From: Synechocystis sp. PCC 6803 substr. PCC-P
Lineage (GTDB): Bacteria > Cyanobacteriota > Cyanobacteriia > Cyanobacteriales > Microcystaceae
Length of the DNA stretch: 32,000 nucleotides
Direction of reading: 5' to 3'
NCBI RefSeq assembly: GCF_000284455.1
Contig: NC_017039.1
Coordinates: 2,580,001 to 2,612,000 of the forward strand
The notes beneath the pieces are model-generated. The model did not search any database and was not told the origin of the DNA. It saw only the letters and a list, made by a program, of their open reading frames with translations. The position numbers were made by a program, and so were the translations under genes. Positions 1-9,779 of the stretch are shown piece by piece. Positions within the stretch are counted from its first letter, which is position 1. Each line of letters starts with the position of its first letter.

Positions 1-142
1 TGTTAACTGACCAGCGGGGTTGCCCTAGGGCAATTAAAACGGCGCAAATGGTGGTCCAGAGTAAAATTGACGGTACCAGGGCGGCGCAAATGCCAACGCA
101 GTGGCCTCGGGAAAAATCAGCTAACCAGGTAATCAAATTCAT
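1..142 (-). CDS. Partial hypothetical membrane protein (N-terminal 47 aa; continues past left window edge)
   Basis: Open minus-strand frame from ATG at 142 to window edge without stop: MNLITWLADFSRGHCVGICAALVPSILLWTTICAVLIALGQPRWSVN; hydrophobic segment. Not in ORF track because it runs off the window. Confidence 0.55.
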   Translation of the reverse strand, partial: MNLITWLADFSRGHCVGICAALVPSILLWTTICAVLIALGQPRWSVN

Positions 143-372
143 ACTCTCAAAAAAAAGTTCGGCGGCGATCGCCCATAGGACCGTGCCGCCCATTATATAG
201 CAACAGCCCAAGGAGGGCATGGCAGTGGACTGGGGGCACCCAGAACTGAAAATTTAAAACGTTCACGATGGTTTTTGCTATGGTTGACGAGAAGGGCAAG
301 GAGCAATGGAGTCGCCATTCTTCGCCTCAACTTTCGGCAAATTTTCAACTTTGTTCAATCCCGCAACCTTCC

Positions 373-696
373 ATGGATACAAACGACTGGCTTAAACAAC
401 TCTTGATGATCGGTGTTGGCACCACCACCCTCGTGGCGGAAAAACTCAGCGATGTGAGTGATCAATGGGTGAAGGAAGGCAAAATTAACGCCGACCAGGC
501 CACCGCTTTTGTGGATGATTTGATGAACCAAATCAAAAACGAGCAGGGACAAATTGAAGCAAATCTGGAAAGACAACTGCGCAATATGCTCCAGGATTTG
601 GGCCTACCCCGTCAGTCGGAAATGGACGAGTTGCGGGGACGTATAGATCGCCTAGAACGACAAATCCGTGACCTGGAAAATCAGCGTTGGCGTTAA
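373..696 (+). CDS. Phasin-like / coiled-coil hypothetical protein (107 aa from the internal ATG)
   Basis: ORF 268..696; the phasin-like part starts at MDTNDWLKQLLMIGVGTTTLVAEKLSD; heptad-rich C-terminus MDELRGRIDRLERQIRDLE. Confidence 0.75.
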   Translation: MDTNDWLKQLLMIGVGTTTLVAEKLSDVSDQWVKEGKINADQATAFVDDLMNQIKNEQGQIEANLERQLRNMLQDLGLPRQSEMDELRGRIDRLERQIRDLENQRWR

Positions 697-757
697 CCCT
701 GGGTGGGGCCCATTGGCCCTGGTGAACAGTGACAAAACAATTGCACGATAGAGTTTA

Positions 758-830
758 TGGAGAATAGGGAACTCGAATCCCTGACCTCTGCGGTGCGATC
801 GCAGCGCTCTACCAACTGAGCTAATTCCCC
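758..830 (-). tRNA. tRNA-Ala, anticodon CGC
   Basis: Minus strand folds as GGGGAAT-TA-GCTC-AGTTGGTA-GAGC-G-CTGCG-ATCGCAC-CGCAG-AGGTC-AGGGA-TTCGAGT-TCCCT-ATTCTCC-A: complete cloverleaf, G3:U70 alanine identity pair, TTCGAGT T-loop. CCA not encoded. Confidence 0.95.
795..802. repeat. HIP1 octamer GCGATCGC inside the tRNA-Ala gene (one of roughly 30 in the window)
   Basis: Exact palindrome; further exact copies at e.g. 1252..1259 and 2656..2663. Confidence 0.9.
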
Positions 831-856
831 GAACTGACCCTCCATTCTAGCATTCG

Positions 857-1162
857 ATGTTGCTGTTCGTTATCTGTTTTAATTTTGTCCTAGCCCTGGG
901 CAATGTCTTCTTAGCCGTTAGGCTTTACTTTGTCTATCGACAGTTACAGCAACTCACCAAGCGTTTAGACCATTGGGAAAGCTGTTGCCATAACCTGTTT
1001 GCTCCGGCCCCTGCCCTGTTGACCAATTTGGCCCAAAAAAATCGACATTTACGTCAGCAGTACAATCTCTTGCTAAAACGTTGGTCTTTGATCAAAGGGG
1101 TGTTACAAATTTGGCAGTTGGCTAGTCAGGGTCGCTGGTGGGCGAACTTGGTTAATGATTAG
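857..1162 (+). CDS. Small hypothetical protein with an N-terminal transmembrane segment
   Basis: 101 aa ORF, hydrophobic N-terminus MLLFVICFNFVLALGNVFLAVRLYFVY, basic remainder; separated from neighbours with no competing ORF. Confidence 0.6.
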   Translation: MLLFVICFNFVLALGNVFLAVRLYFVYRQLQQLTKRLDHWESCCHNLFAPAPALLTNLAQKNRHLRQQYNLLLKRWSLIKGVLQIWQLASQGRWWANLVND

Positions 1163-1236
1163 GGAAAAATTAAGTTTTACAAAAATTTCCTGGCACAGTT
1201 GAAGAAACTTTCAGCAAATTAATCGCAGCAAAACCA

Positions 1237-2346
1237 ATGAAACCCAAAGTGGCGATCGCCTGTCAGGGTGGGGGCAGCCAAACTGCTTTCACCGCCGGTG
1301 TAATGAAGGCTCTGTTCGAGAACAAGATGCAAGACCACTTCGACATTGTGAGTTTGAGTGGTACTTCTGGAGGCGCTATTTGTGCCCTACTAATTTGGTA
1401 TGCCCTGAAAAAAGGAGAAAATCCGGTCTGGAAAAGATTGCTTGATTTTTGGCTGGATAACAGTGCCCAAACCTATCAGGAAAGATTTTTTAATGATTTT
1501 GTCATTAGGTCTCTGGAGTTGACCAGCAAAGGCATCGTTCCCCAGTATAGTGTGACTCCCTATTCTCCCCTAGCCCAGACCTGGTTAGCTTCGGCTACCC
1601 AAGGGTTACGGAGTCGCTTTATCAATTTAGAAGAATTGTTACAGGTTCATGTCGATTTTTCAGAGTTAGCAACTTGGGGCAAGCAATTAGAGCCCCCGGT
1701 ACTTTTAATTGGAGCTTGCAATATTCTGACGGGAAAACTAGATAAGTTTAATTCTCGCCAGGAAGCCATAAGAATAGAGCATCTGCTTGCTTCGGCCTGT
1801 GTGCCAAATATTTTTCCCACCGTTGTTATTGAAGAAGAGGGTGAAAAAAAAGCTTACTGGGATGGCTTATTTTCTGATAATCCTCCCATTCGTTCTTTAT
1901 ACAGGCAAGATTTTGTCGGTATTGAGAACATTCCCCAGGAAATTTGGGTAATTAAAATTAATCCGACCCAGACCGATAAAATTCCCACCGATGCCGATGA
2001 CATTGCCGATCGCCGCAATGAGTTGGAAGGGAATGTTTCTTTATTTCAAAGCCTGGATCAAATCGAATTTCTCAATTATTTATTTATAAAAGGAGCTTTT
2101 AAAGAGGAGTTTTTACAGGAAGTTGGCATCAAAGAGCCGTTAAAAATACCTAAGTCTTTTCCTGAAGATCCCGACCAAACTTATCATATACCAGCCATTG
2201 AAATGTCACCGGAATTGGCTAAAAGTTTAAATTATGAAAATAAATTAGATCGTTGCCCAGAAAACATTAATCGGCTGATTGCCGACGGAGAAAAACAGGG
2301 AAAGAAATTTATCCAAACGAGACTCCAACAAATGGGTATTCATTGA
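1237..2346 (+). CDS. Patatin-like phospholipase family protein
   Basis: 369 aa; GGGSQTAFTAGV oxyanion-type loop, nucleophile motif SGTSGGA, catalytic Asp region YWDGLFSDNPP. Confidence 0.88.
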   Translation: MKPKVAIACQGGGSQTAFTAGVMKALFENKMQDHFDIVSLSGTSGGAICALLIWYALKKGENPVWKRLLDFWLDNSAQTYQERFFNDFVIRSLELTSKGIVPQYSVTPYSPLAQTWLASATQGLRSRFINLEELLQVHVDFSELATWGKQLEPPVLLIGACNILTGKLDKFNSRQEAIRIEHLLASACVPNIFPTVVIEEEGEKKAYWDGLFSDNPPIRSLYRQDFVGIENIPQEIWVIKINPTQTDKIPTDADDIADRRNELEGNVSLFQSLDQIEFLNYLFIKGAFKEEFLQEVGIKEPLKIPKSFPEDPDQTYHIPAIEMSPELAKSLNYENKLDRCPENINRLIADGEKQGKKFIQTRLQQMGIH

Positions 2347-2619
2347 TTATGAGCAAAAAATATGAGCTTTTATTTTAAGGTCATCAGGGCTAATCATTGT
2401 ATTTCTTATCACTTTAATTCCTGCCCATGTACTCACCCAAACTAGCCCATATCCCCAATCGTTACAATCCTCTAATCAATCTAAATAAACTTTGGTATTA
2501 CTAAGAAATATTCCTTTATTTTCTATCGAAGTTCCCTAAGGATGATATTTATGACTGGATATTAATATTTTTATGATGATAAGTTAAGTCCAAGGCAAAC
2601 TAATTTTTAACCGTTGACA

Positions 2620-3285
2620 ATGCTAAAAAAAATTTTCATTCTCGTCATGCTGTTAGCGATCGCCGGAGCGGGACTGGGTTACTATTTTTGGCGGCGGGCC
2701 ACCCAAATTCCGGCTTGGTTTGAGGCAGAAACATCCACGCCCTCCATTGCTCCCCCAGCCGATTTTCTTCAGGAGAAGATTCGTCAAGAAATTGCCCAAA
2801 AGAATGATGGCGATCGCCAGGAACCAGTGAGGGTTACTTTGACAGAAAAAGAATTAGGGCAGGTCTTGCAAGGGGAAGTGGATCGTCAGTTGAAGATGGA
2901 ATCTATACCCAGACTGCAAACTCAAATTAGGGGGGAAACCTTGGAAGTGGGCACAGTATTGGACCCCCAAATGTTGGACAATGCCCAACTGTCCCCGGGC
3001 CAAAAACGCATTGTTGATCGGGTTTTACCACTGTTACCGAGTCAAAATCAGCCTTTTTATGTTGCCTTAGAAGGTACGCCCCAACTGGCAGCAGGGCAAT
3101 TGATTATGACGGAAAATTCCCGCATTAAAATTGGTGAGTTGAGCTTTCGCATCGGAGATATGGCCCAACGGTTAAATATTCCCCCGGAGAAGTTAAACCA
3201 ATTACTGCAAGTAAATCTAGATGAGTTAAATTTACAGGGCGTACAAGTACAAGATGGCATGATGCAGTTAGAAGTTAATCCTTGA
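2620..3285 (+). CDS. Hypothetical membrane-anchored protein
   Basis: ORF 2614..3285 (TTG), more likely ATG at 2620; N-terminal TM helix (IFILVMLLAIAGAGLGYYFW) then a soluble domain. Confidence 0.7.
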   Translation: MLKKIFILVMLLAIAGAGLGYYFWRRATQIPAWFEAETSTPSIAPPADFLQEKIRQEIAQKNDGDRQEPVRVTLTEKELGQVLQGEVDRQLKMESIPRLQTQIRGETLEVGTVLDPQMLDNAQLSPGQKRIVDRVLPLLPSQNQPFYVALEGTPQLAAGQLIMTENSRIKIGELSFRIGDMAQRLNIPPEKLNQLLQVNLDELNLQGVQVQDGMMQLEVNP

Positions 3286-3315
3286 CCTTAATTCCCCCTA
3301 TTCTTCTCTACGGCA

Positions 3316-4353
3316 CTAGATAAAATCATTGAGCATATCCCGTATGAAACTAGCAATGGGGATAGCCACTAAAATACCTAACAATCCGGCCACCTTGGCA
3401 CCAATCATCAAGGAAAGTAAAATCCAAACGGGGTGCACCCCGGTGACACGACCCAGTAATTTTGGGGCTAGGCCATTTTCCACCACCTGATCCACTACAG
3501 TGGCGATCGCCAAGACTTTAATGCCCAACCAAATGCTCTGAAAACTGGCAATAATACTGATTAAAACAATGCTGGTGCCTCCCCCAAAGGGAAAGAAAGC
3601 CATAAAGCCAACAAACATACCAAATAGTAGGGCCAGGGGCACTTGAAAAATGCTTAGAGAAATGATTAAACTAACCCCTAGCAACGCCGCCACGGTGGCT
3701 TGGCCAATGTAGTAATTCTGAAAACTATGGCGTAATCTTTGTCGTACCTTATGACGCCAATCAATGGGTAACCAACGGAATATGCCATCCCAAAATGTCT
3801 GTCCCCGCAGCAATAAATAGACAGTCATAATAAAGATAAAGCCGGCTTCTACTAAGCTACCTGCAGTCCAAATCAATAAATTTATTAATTGGTTGGTAAT
3901 GGAGCGAATTTGGTTAGGAAACTCATTGGATAATTCCCGGCCCCAAGCACGGAAATTGGTGGGAATTTCCCACTGATTGCTTAAATTATCTAGGCTTTCT
4001 AAGTGGCGATCGCCCAGGGCATTGAGATGGGGCAAAAGTTGTAAAACAGTACGAATTTGATCTACTAATTTGGGAATTACCAACAGACCAATCACCGCCA
4101 AAATAATCGCCGTGGTGAGTAATACCAATGCCACTGCGTAGGGCAACTTTAGACGGGGATAGCGCTGGAGCCAACGCACCGGATAACCGAGAATAAAAGC
4201 GACCAGGTTCGCAATAATAAAAATTCTCAGGGGGGACTGGAAATAATCCAATATCTGCAGTAGTACCCAACCGTTGAGCAGACACAGGGGCAACGTCAGA
4301 CCAATCCACAACCAACGGCGATCGCCAGGGGGCATATTGGGCCAATTCATCAA
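3316..4353 (-). CDS. AI-2E family transporter / PerM-like permease
   Basis: 345 aa polytopic protein; C-terminal ENGLAPKLLGRVTGVHPVWILLSLMIGAKVAGLLGILVAIPIA typical of the family. Confidence 0.88.
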   Translation of the reverse strand: MMNWPNMPPGDRRWLWIGLTLPLCLLNGWVLLQILDYFQSPLRIFIIANLVAFILGYPVRWLQRYPRLKLPYAVALVLLTTAIILAVIGLLVIPKLVDQIRTVLQLLPHLNALGDRHLESLDNLSNQWEIPTNFRAWGRELSNEFPNQIRSITNQLINLLIWTAGSLVEAGFIFIMTVYLLLRGQTFWDGIFRWLPIDWRHKVRQRLRHSFQNYYIGQATVAALLGVSLIISLSIFQVPLALLFGMFVGFMAFFPFGGGTSIVLISIIASFQSIWLGIKVLAIATVVDQVVENGLAPKLLGRVTGVHPVWILLSLMIGAKVAGLLGILVAIPIASFIRDMLNDFI

Positions 4354-4398
4354 AAAATAAAATAGTTAAACAATCCCAGCGACGGCAATTATCCTGGA

Positions 4399-6477
4399 CT
4401 AATCGATCGCTTCATAGTCACTGTAAACAGTTTCATCAGCGTCAAAGTCAAATTCCTCCCCGTCATCTAGACCGTACACTGGAGCAGTTTCCACATAATC
4501 CATCCCACCGGGATTGACGGTGCCATTGATCATAGTGCCCGGTGTCATGGTGATGCCCGAGGACGCTTGGATAGGATTCAAATTGGTTTCCAGGGATTCA
4601 ATCATTTGACTTGTCCCACTGCTAGTGCCCTGAACAAAATTGGCAAATTCATTACTAGCAGCCCCTTTGCCCTGTTGATAGACTTCCGTACCAATCAGTA
4701 AAATAATTTGCCGGAATTCCTCCACCAAGGTCTGCAATTTCTCCACCGGCGTATTGGGGGTCCGTAAGGCGATCGCCAATTGGTCCTTCTTCTGCTTGCC
4801 AGAAGACTTGAGTTCTTCCCGCACTAGTTCACCGCTTTCCTGGAGTGTAGTCTCGTAGGTGTGGAAAAGGCTATCCGCTTGGTTTTGTAGTTCCATCATC
4901 CGCAGACGCAATTGATCCTGGGCGGCATACTGTTGCGCCTCCTGGCGCATCTTTTCAATTTCTCCGCCGCTCAAGCCACCGGTATGGCTAATCACAATAC
5001 TCTGTTCCTTGCCTGTGCCTTGGTCCTGGGCAGAAACCTTGAGAATACCATTAACATCAATTTCAAAGCTGACCTCAATTTGGGGCATCCCCCGGGGAGC
5101 GGGAGGAATCCCCGCCAGTAAGAACTTACCCAGGCTTTTGTTATCCCTGGCCATGGCCCTTTCCCCCTGGATAACATGGATTTCCACCGATGTTTGTCCG
5201 TCGACCGCTGTGGAAAACACTTCTGAGCGACTAGTGGGAATGGTGGTATTGCGTTCAATGATTTTTGTTGTTACCTCCCCTAGGGTCTCCAAACCCAGGG
5301 ATAAAGGCGTTACATCCAACAGCAACACATCCTCCACCTCGCCACCAATGACCCCAGCTTGAATAGCGGCTCCTAAAGCTACTGCCTCATCTGGGTTAAC
5401 GGAACGCTCTAACTGACTGTCGGGAAAAAATTCTTGAATAACCCGTTGAATGGCCGGAATACGGGTAGAGCCTCCCACCAGAATAACTCGGTGGACATCA
5501 CTGGCCCTGATCTCACCATCGTCCAATGCCTGGGTGAGGGGAACCCTAGTATCTTCTAGTAATTGCTTAGTTAACTCCTCAAACTGGCTCCGGGCAAGTT
5601 CCATTTCCAAGTGTTTGGGTCCCGACTCATCTGCGGTGATAAAAGGCAAGTTAATGGTCGTATTCAGCATGCTGGAGAGTTCGATTTTGGCCTTCTCCGC
5701 CGCCTCCCGTAGTCGTTGAATCGCCATTTTATCGGTGCTTAAGTCAATATTTTCCTTTTGCTTAAAGGATTCTGCCATCCACTGGACAACGCAATTATCA
5801 AAATCATCCCCCCCCAGATGGTTATTACCAGAGGTGGATAGCACTTCAAATACTCCGTTACCAAGCTGTAGCAGGGAAACATCAAATGTGCCCCCCCCCA
5901 AGTCAAACACCAAAATTAACTCTTCCGTTTCCTGTTTATCTAGCCCATAGGCCAAAGCCGCCGCCGTTGGCTCATTGATAATCCGCAATACTTCCAAACC
6001 GGCGATCGTCCCTGCATCCTTCGTCGCTTGGCGCTGGGCATCGGTGAAATAGGCCGGCACGGTAATCACTGCCTGGGTAACCGGCTCCCCCAAAAAAGCC
6101 TCAGAGTCCGCCTTCAGTTTTTGCAAAATCATGGCGGAAATTTCTTGGGGAGTATAGGATTGTCCGCGAATAGACACACTGACGGTATCGTCCCGCCCCT
6201 TAACGCAGTTATAGGGCACCCGGGAACGTTCCTCCACCGTGTCATCCCAGCGTCGCCCAATAAAGCGTTTGATGCTGTACACCGTATTTTCCGCATTGGT
6301 CACCGATTGACGCTTGGCCAATTGCCCCACTAACCGCTGGGAACCTTTGGTGAAACCCACAATGCTGGGGGTGGTACGGCCTCCCTCCGTGTTGGTAATC
6401 ACAATAGGTTTGCCCCCCTCCAACACAGAAGCACAACTGTTGGTGGTTCCCAAATCAATGCCAATGACTTTGCCCAT
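4399..6477 (-). CDS. dnaK1: Molecular chaperone DnaK (DnaK1 type)
   Basis: [62 protein letters not shown]; Hsp70 signatures over the full length. Confidence 0.97.
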   Translation of the reverse strand: MGKVIGIDLGTTNSCASVLEGGKPIVITNTEGGRTTPSIVGFTKGSQRLVGQLAKRQSVTNAENTVYSIKRFIGRRWDDTVEERSRVPYNCVKGRDDTVSVSIRGQSYTPQEISAMILQKLKADSEAFLGEPVTQAVITVPAYFTDAQRQATKDAGTIAGLEVLRIINEPTAAALAYGLDKQETEELILVFDLGGGTFDVSLLQLGNGVFEVLSTSGNNHLGGDDFDNCVVQWMAESFKQKENIDLSTDKMAIQRLREAAEKAKIELSSMLNTTINLPFITADESGPKHLEMELARSQFEELTKQLLEDTRVPLTQALDDGEIRASDVHRVILVGGSTRIPAIQRVIQEFFPDSQLERSVNPDEAVALGAAIQAGVIGGEVEDVLLLDVTPLSLGLETLGEVTTKIIERNTTIPTSRSEVFSTAVDGQTSVEIHVIQGERAMARDNKSLGKFLLAGIPPAPRGMPQIEVSFEIDVNGILKVSAQDQGTGKEQSIVISHTGGLSGGEIEKMRQEAQQYAAQDQLRLRMMELQNQADSLFHTYETTLQESGELVREELKSSGKQKKDQLAIALRTPNTPVEKLQTLVEEFRQIILLIGTEVYQQGKGAASNEFANFVQGTSSGTSQMIESLETNLNPIQASSGITMTPGTMINGTVNPGGMDYVETAPVYGLDDGEEFDFDADETVYSDYEAID

Positions 6478-6710
6478 AACTGCTGACCCCGAAAAACAAT
6501 TGGTGACTTCTAGGTATTTTCTAGGAAAATTTAAGTCTTTTGATGCAAATTTAGACCATTAAGCCCCACTTGGCCATCCTTAGAGCCCATTTTATATTCC
6601 CATTCCTTTTTTCCCATTCTTCGACCCTGGAGTGATCGGAGTTTTTGCAAGACTGAAAACGCCGAAAATAGAACGAGGGACAGTGGAATGTCCCCCAAAA
6701 TGACTGAGTA

Positions 6711-7460
6711 CTAGGGGTTAGCTCCCGCCTCTCCATTCACCACTTCAGCTCCTTCTTCCGGAGCCACCGCCACCTTGACCATGGAATGACGCAGCACAAT
6801 GTCATCTAAAAGATAACCCCGCACCAACTCCTCAATCACCGTATCCTCGGGATATTCAGCGGTGGGTTCCCGGAGCATCGCCTCATGGTATTTAGGATCA
6901 AAAGGTTTTCCCTCAGGGCGCATGGGAGCTACCCCCAAACCTTTAAGGCTGTCCACCAGGTTTTTGTACACCCCCTGATAACTTTTGTGGATCTGATTTT
7001 CCCCGTCGGAGTTGGGCTTGATCTGGGTGCGGGCCCGCTCAAAATTGTCCACCACCGGCAAAAGTTCTGTTATGGTCCTTCCTTTGATGAGTTTTGCTTG
7101 CTCCTCTTTCTCCCGCTGGGTGCGCTTGCGAAAATTATCAAATTCAGCTGCCAGGGCCACGTAACGCTTTTTGATGGAGTCTAGTTGCTCCGACTGTTCA
7201 GCCAATTCCTGGCGATGGCTGGCCAGGTCTTTTTGCAGAATGGCAATTATCTCTTCACTGCTTTTTTCTTGTTCCAGCGGCCCCCCTTCCGTTTCTGTGG
7301 CAGCGCCAATCCTCGGATCTTCCGACTGTTCCCCGGACGGCTCTCCTAAAACAGCATCAGTGGGCTGGGGACTTTCCTCCGGAGTTACGGCAGGAACATC
7401 ACTGGCCTCTGGGGAGACAGGATTGGTTTGATTTTCGAGGGAAACTTGATCTTCGTTCAT
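6711..7460 (-). CDS. grpE: Nucleotide exchange factor GrpE
   Basis: 249 aa; [19 protein letters not shown]-type coiled coil and [52 protein letters not shown]. Confidence 0.96.
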
Positions 7461-7512
7461 CTTTATAAGGTGAAACCTAGTTGTACACTTTATCTAAGCG
7501 TAACCCGACCTG

Positions 7513-7540
7513 AAAAAAACTCCGAATCCGATCGGGAGTT
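7513..7540 (-). terminator. Candidate intrinsic terminator reading leftward, upstream of grpE
   Basis: Minus-strand AACTCCCGA-TCGGAT-TCGGAGTT followed by T-run (TTTTTTT from A7513-7519): 8 bp stem with a one-base bulge plus U-tract. Confidence 0.5.
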
Positions 7541-7677
7541 ATGACGATGTTATTTCAATTCAGGTAAGTTAGTGCGGCCAGTTAACTAGACCGGAGGATT
7601 ATCATTGTGAATAATCACCGATGGTCACCATTGGCTAGGGAATAGTTTACATCATACGAATCTGGGTAGGTCTTGCT

Positions 7678-9696
7678 ATGACATCTTCCTCCTCTTCCAA
7701 GAAAAGCCGTGCCGTTGCCCTACGAAATTATTTTTCCCCCTTCGGCAATAAATTGGTGGCGGGGGGCCATGTAGATGCTGAACAATTGCGACAGGCCCTA
7801 GTCCAGGTGAAAAAAACTGGGCGGTCTTTGCCCGAGGAACTTAAGGCAGTCACTGGCCGAGAATTGTCCCCAGAACTACTGCGGCAGTACAAAAAAAATC
7901 AGTTATTTGAGCTCAAAGTACTTTACGGGGTGGACAGCGTCGATCCGGAGGTTGCCCCGATCGCCACCCAGCAAATGGCCGAGTTGATTGGGCGATTTTT
8001 TCCTTTGGATACTTGTCGGCGATTCAAGTTTTTGCCCTTAGCCCAGCAGGAAGGCGACCCCCCCAGTGTGCTAGTGGCCATGGTGGACCCCGATAACTTG
8101 GCTGCCCAGGACGAGCTAAACCGAATTTTGCGGGTTAAAGGTTTTGAATTGCGCCGCTTGGTGGTCACCCAAGATGATTTTAACCAACTGTTGGAACAGT
8201 ACTATGCCATCCGGGAAGAGTGGGAGGCGGCCCAGGAAAAAAGGGACCAGGAAAGGGCCCTTGATAAACTTAATGATTTGACGGATATTGTCGGCTCCAT
8301 CGACATGAATCTGGGGGAGGACAAAGAAGATGTAGATAATGCTCTAGACTCCAACGATGCTAACCAAGCACCGGTGATTAACCTGGTCAACAAAATTTTG
8401 GCTAAGGCTCTCCAGGAAGGAACTTCCGACATTCACGTGGAGCCGCAGGAAGAAACCCTGAGAATTCGTTTCCGCAAGGATGGGGTTTTAAATCAGGCTT
8501 TCGATCCCCTGCCCCGCAAAATTACCCCCGCCGTGGTGGCCCGTTTTAAAATTATGGCGGACATGGACATTGCGGAGAGGCGATCGCCCCAGGATGGCAA
8601 AATTCGCCGTATTTACCAGGGCAGGAAGGTGGATTTTCGGGTTAATACCCTACCCAGCCGCTATGGGGAAAAGGTTTGTTTGCGGATTTTGGACAACTCC
8701 GCCACTCAGTTGGGCTTAGATTTTCTAATCACTAACCCCGAAACCCTACAAACGGTAAGGGAATTGGCCGCCCGGCCCTATGGCTTAATGTTGGTGACGG
8801 GGCCCACCGGATCGGGAAAATCCACCACCCTCTACTCGGTGTTGGCGGAACGCAATAGCCCCGAGGTGAATATCAACACAGCGGAGGACCCGATTGAGTA
8901 TGCTCTACCGGGCATTACCCAAGTGCAGGTGATTCGGGAAAAGGGCATGGATTTTTCCAATATTCTGCGGGCATTTATGCGTCAGGATCCCGATGTGATT
9001 CTGGTGGGGGAAACCAGGGATAAGGAGACGGCCAAAACGGCCATTGAGGCGGCTCTGACTGGACACTTAGTTCTCACTACTCTCCACACCAATGATGCGG
9101 CCGGGGCGATCGCCAGATTGGATGAAATGGGAGTGGAGCCGTTTATGGTTTCTGGGTCATTGTTGGGGGTGTTGGCCCAACGGCTGATGCGGAAAGTTTG
9201 TACGGAATGTCGCATTGCTTACCACCCTAGCAAGGAAGAATTGTCCCGCTTTGGGCTGTCCGCTTCCGGGGATGAAGTGGTTACTTTTTATAAAGCCAAT
9301 TCCCTCAGTCCCGACGAAATCCATCTTGCCCGTCAAAAAGGTAATTTATGTCAAAAATGTAGTGGCAGTGGCTATAAGGGTCGGGTGGGGGTCTATGAGG
9401 TGATGCGTAATTCTGAGCGTATTGCTGAATTGATTAACCAGGGGGCCACCACTGACCGCATTAAGGATTGTGCGGTGGAAGAGGGCATGATCACCCTATT
9501 GGCCTATAGTCTTAATTTAGTGCAGGAAGGCTACACCACCCTAGAGGAGGTGGAACGGGTCACTTTCACCGATACCGGACTGGAGTCAGAAATGCGGGCT
9601 AAGCGCAAGAGTGCTTTAACCTGTCGTACGTGTGCGGCGGAACTGCAACAGGAATGGCTTGATTGTCCCTATTGCATGACTTCCCGGTTTAGCTAA
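7678..9696 (+). CDS. pilB1: Type IV pilus assembly ATPase PilB
   Basis: 672 aa GspE/PilB family: Walker A GPTGSGKSTT, Asp box EDPIEY, Walker B DPDVILVGETRD, His box HLVLTTLHTND, CxxC pairs (CTEC/CQKC). Confidence 0.97.
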   Translation: MTSSSSSKKSRAVALRNYFSPFGNKLVAGGHVDAEQLRQALVQVKKTGRSLPEELKAVTGRELSPELLRQYKKNQLFELKVLYGVDSVDPEVAPIATQQMAELIGRFFPLDTCRRFKFLPLAQQEGDPPSVLVAMVDPDNLAAQDELNRILRVKGFELRRLVVTQDDFNQLLEQYYAIREEWEAAQEKRDQERALDKLNDLTDIVGSIDMNLGEDKEDVDNALDSNDANQAPVINLVNKILAKALQEGTSDIHVEPQEETLRIRFRKDGVLNQAFDPLPRKITPAVVARFKIMADMDIAERRSPQDGKIRRIYQGRKVDFRVNTLPSRYGEKVCLRILDNSATQLGLDFLITNPETLQTVRELAARPYGLMLVTGPTGSGKSTTLYSVLAERNSPEVNINTAEDPIEYALPGITQVQVIREKGMDFSNILRAFMRQDPDVILVGETRDKETAKTAIEAALTGHLVLTTLHTNDAAGAIARLDEMGVEPFMVSGSLLGVLAQRLMRKVCTECRIAYHPSKEELSRFGLSASGDEVVTFYKANSLSPDEIHLARQKGNLCQKCSGSGYKGRVGVYEVMRNSERIAELINQGATTDRIKDCAVEEGMITLLAYSLNLVQEGYTTLEEVERVTFTDTGLESEMRAKRKSALTCRTCAAELQQEWLDCPYCMTSRFS

Positions 9697-9779
9697 ATAG
9701 CGATGGGGGTGAGGGGGGAATTAGCTCTGTCCATGGACCATTGATAGGTGCACTGTCTTCCATTCTTTACCATTGACCA

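Noticed and set aside
4912-6562. Multiple plus-strand ORFs opposite dnaK1
   Set aside because: Shadow frames of a strongly conserved gene; no recognisable motifs.
7606-7619. TGTGAATAATCACC as a CRP/SyCRP1 binding site upstream of pilB1
   Set aside because: Half-sites are separated by 4 nt, not the 6 nt of the TGTGA-N6-TCACA consensus.
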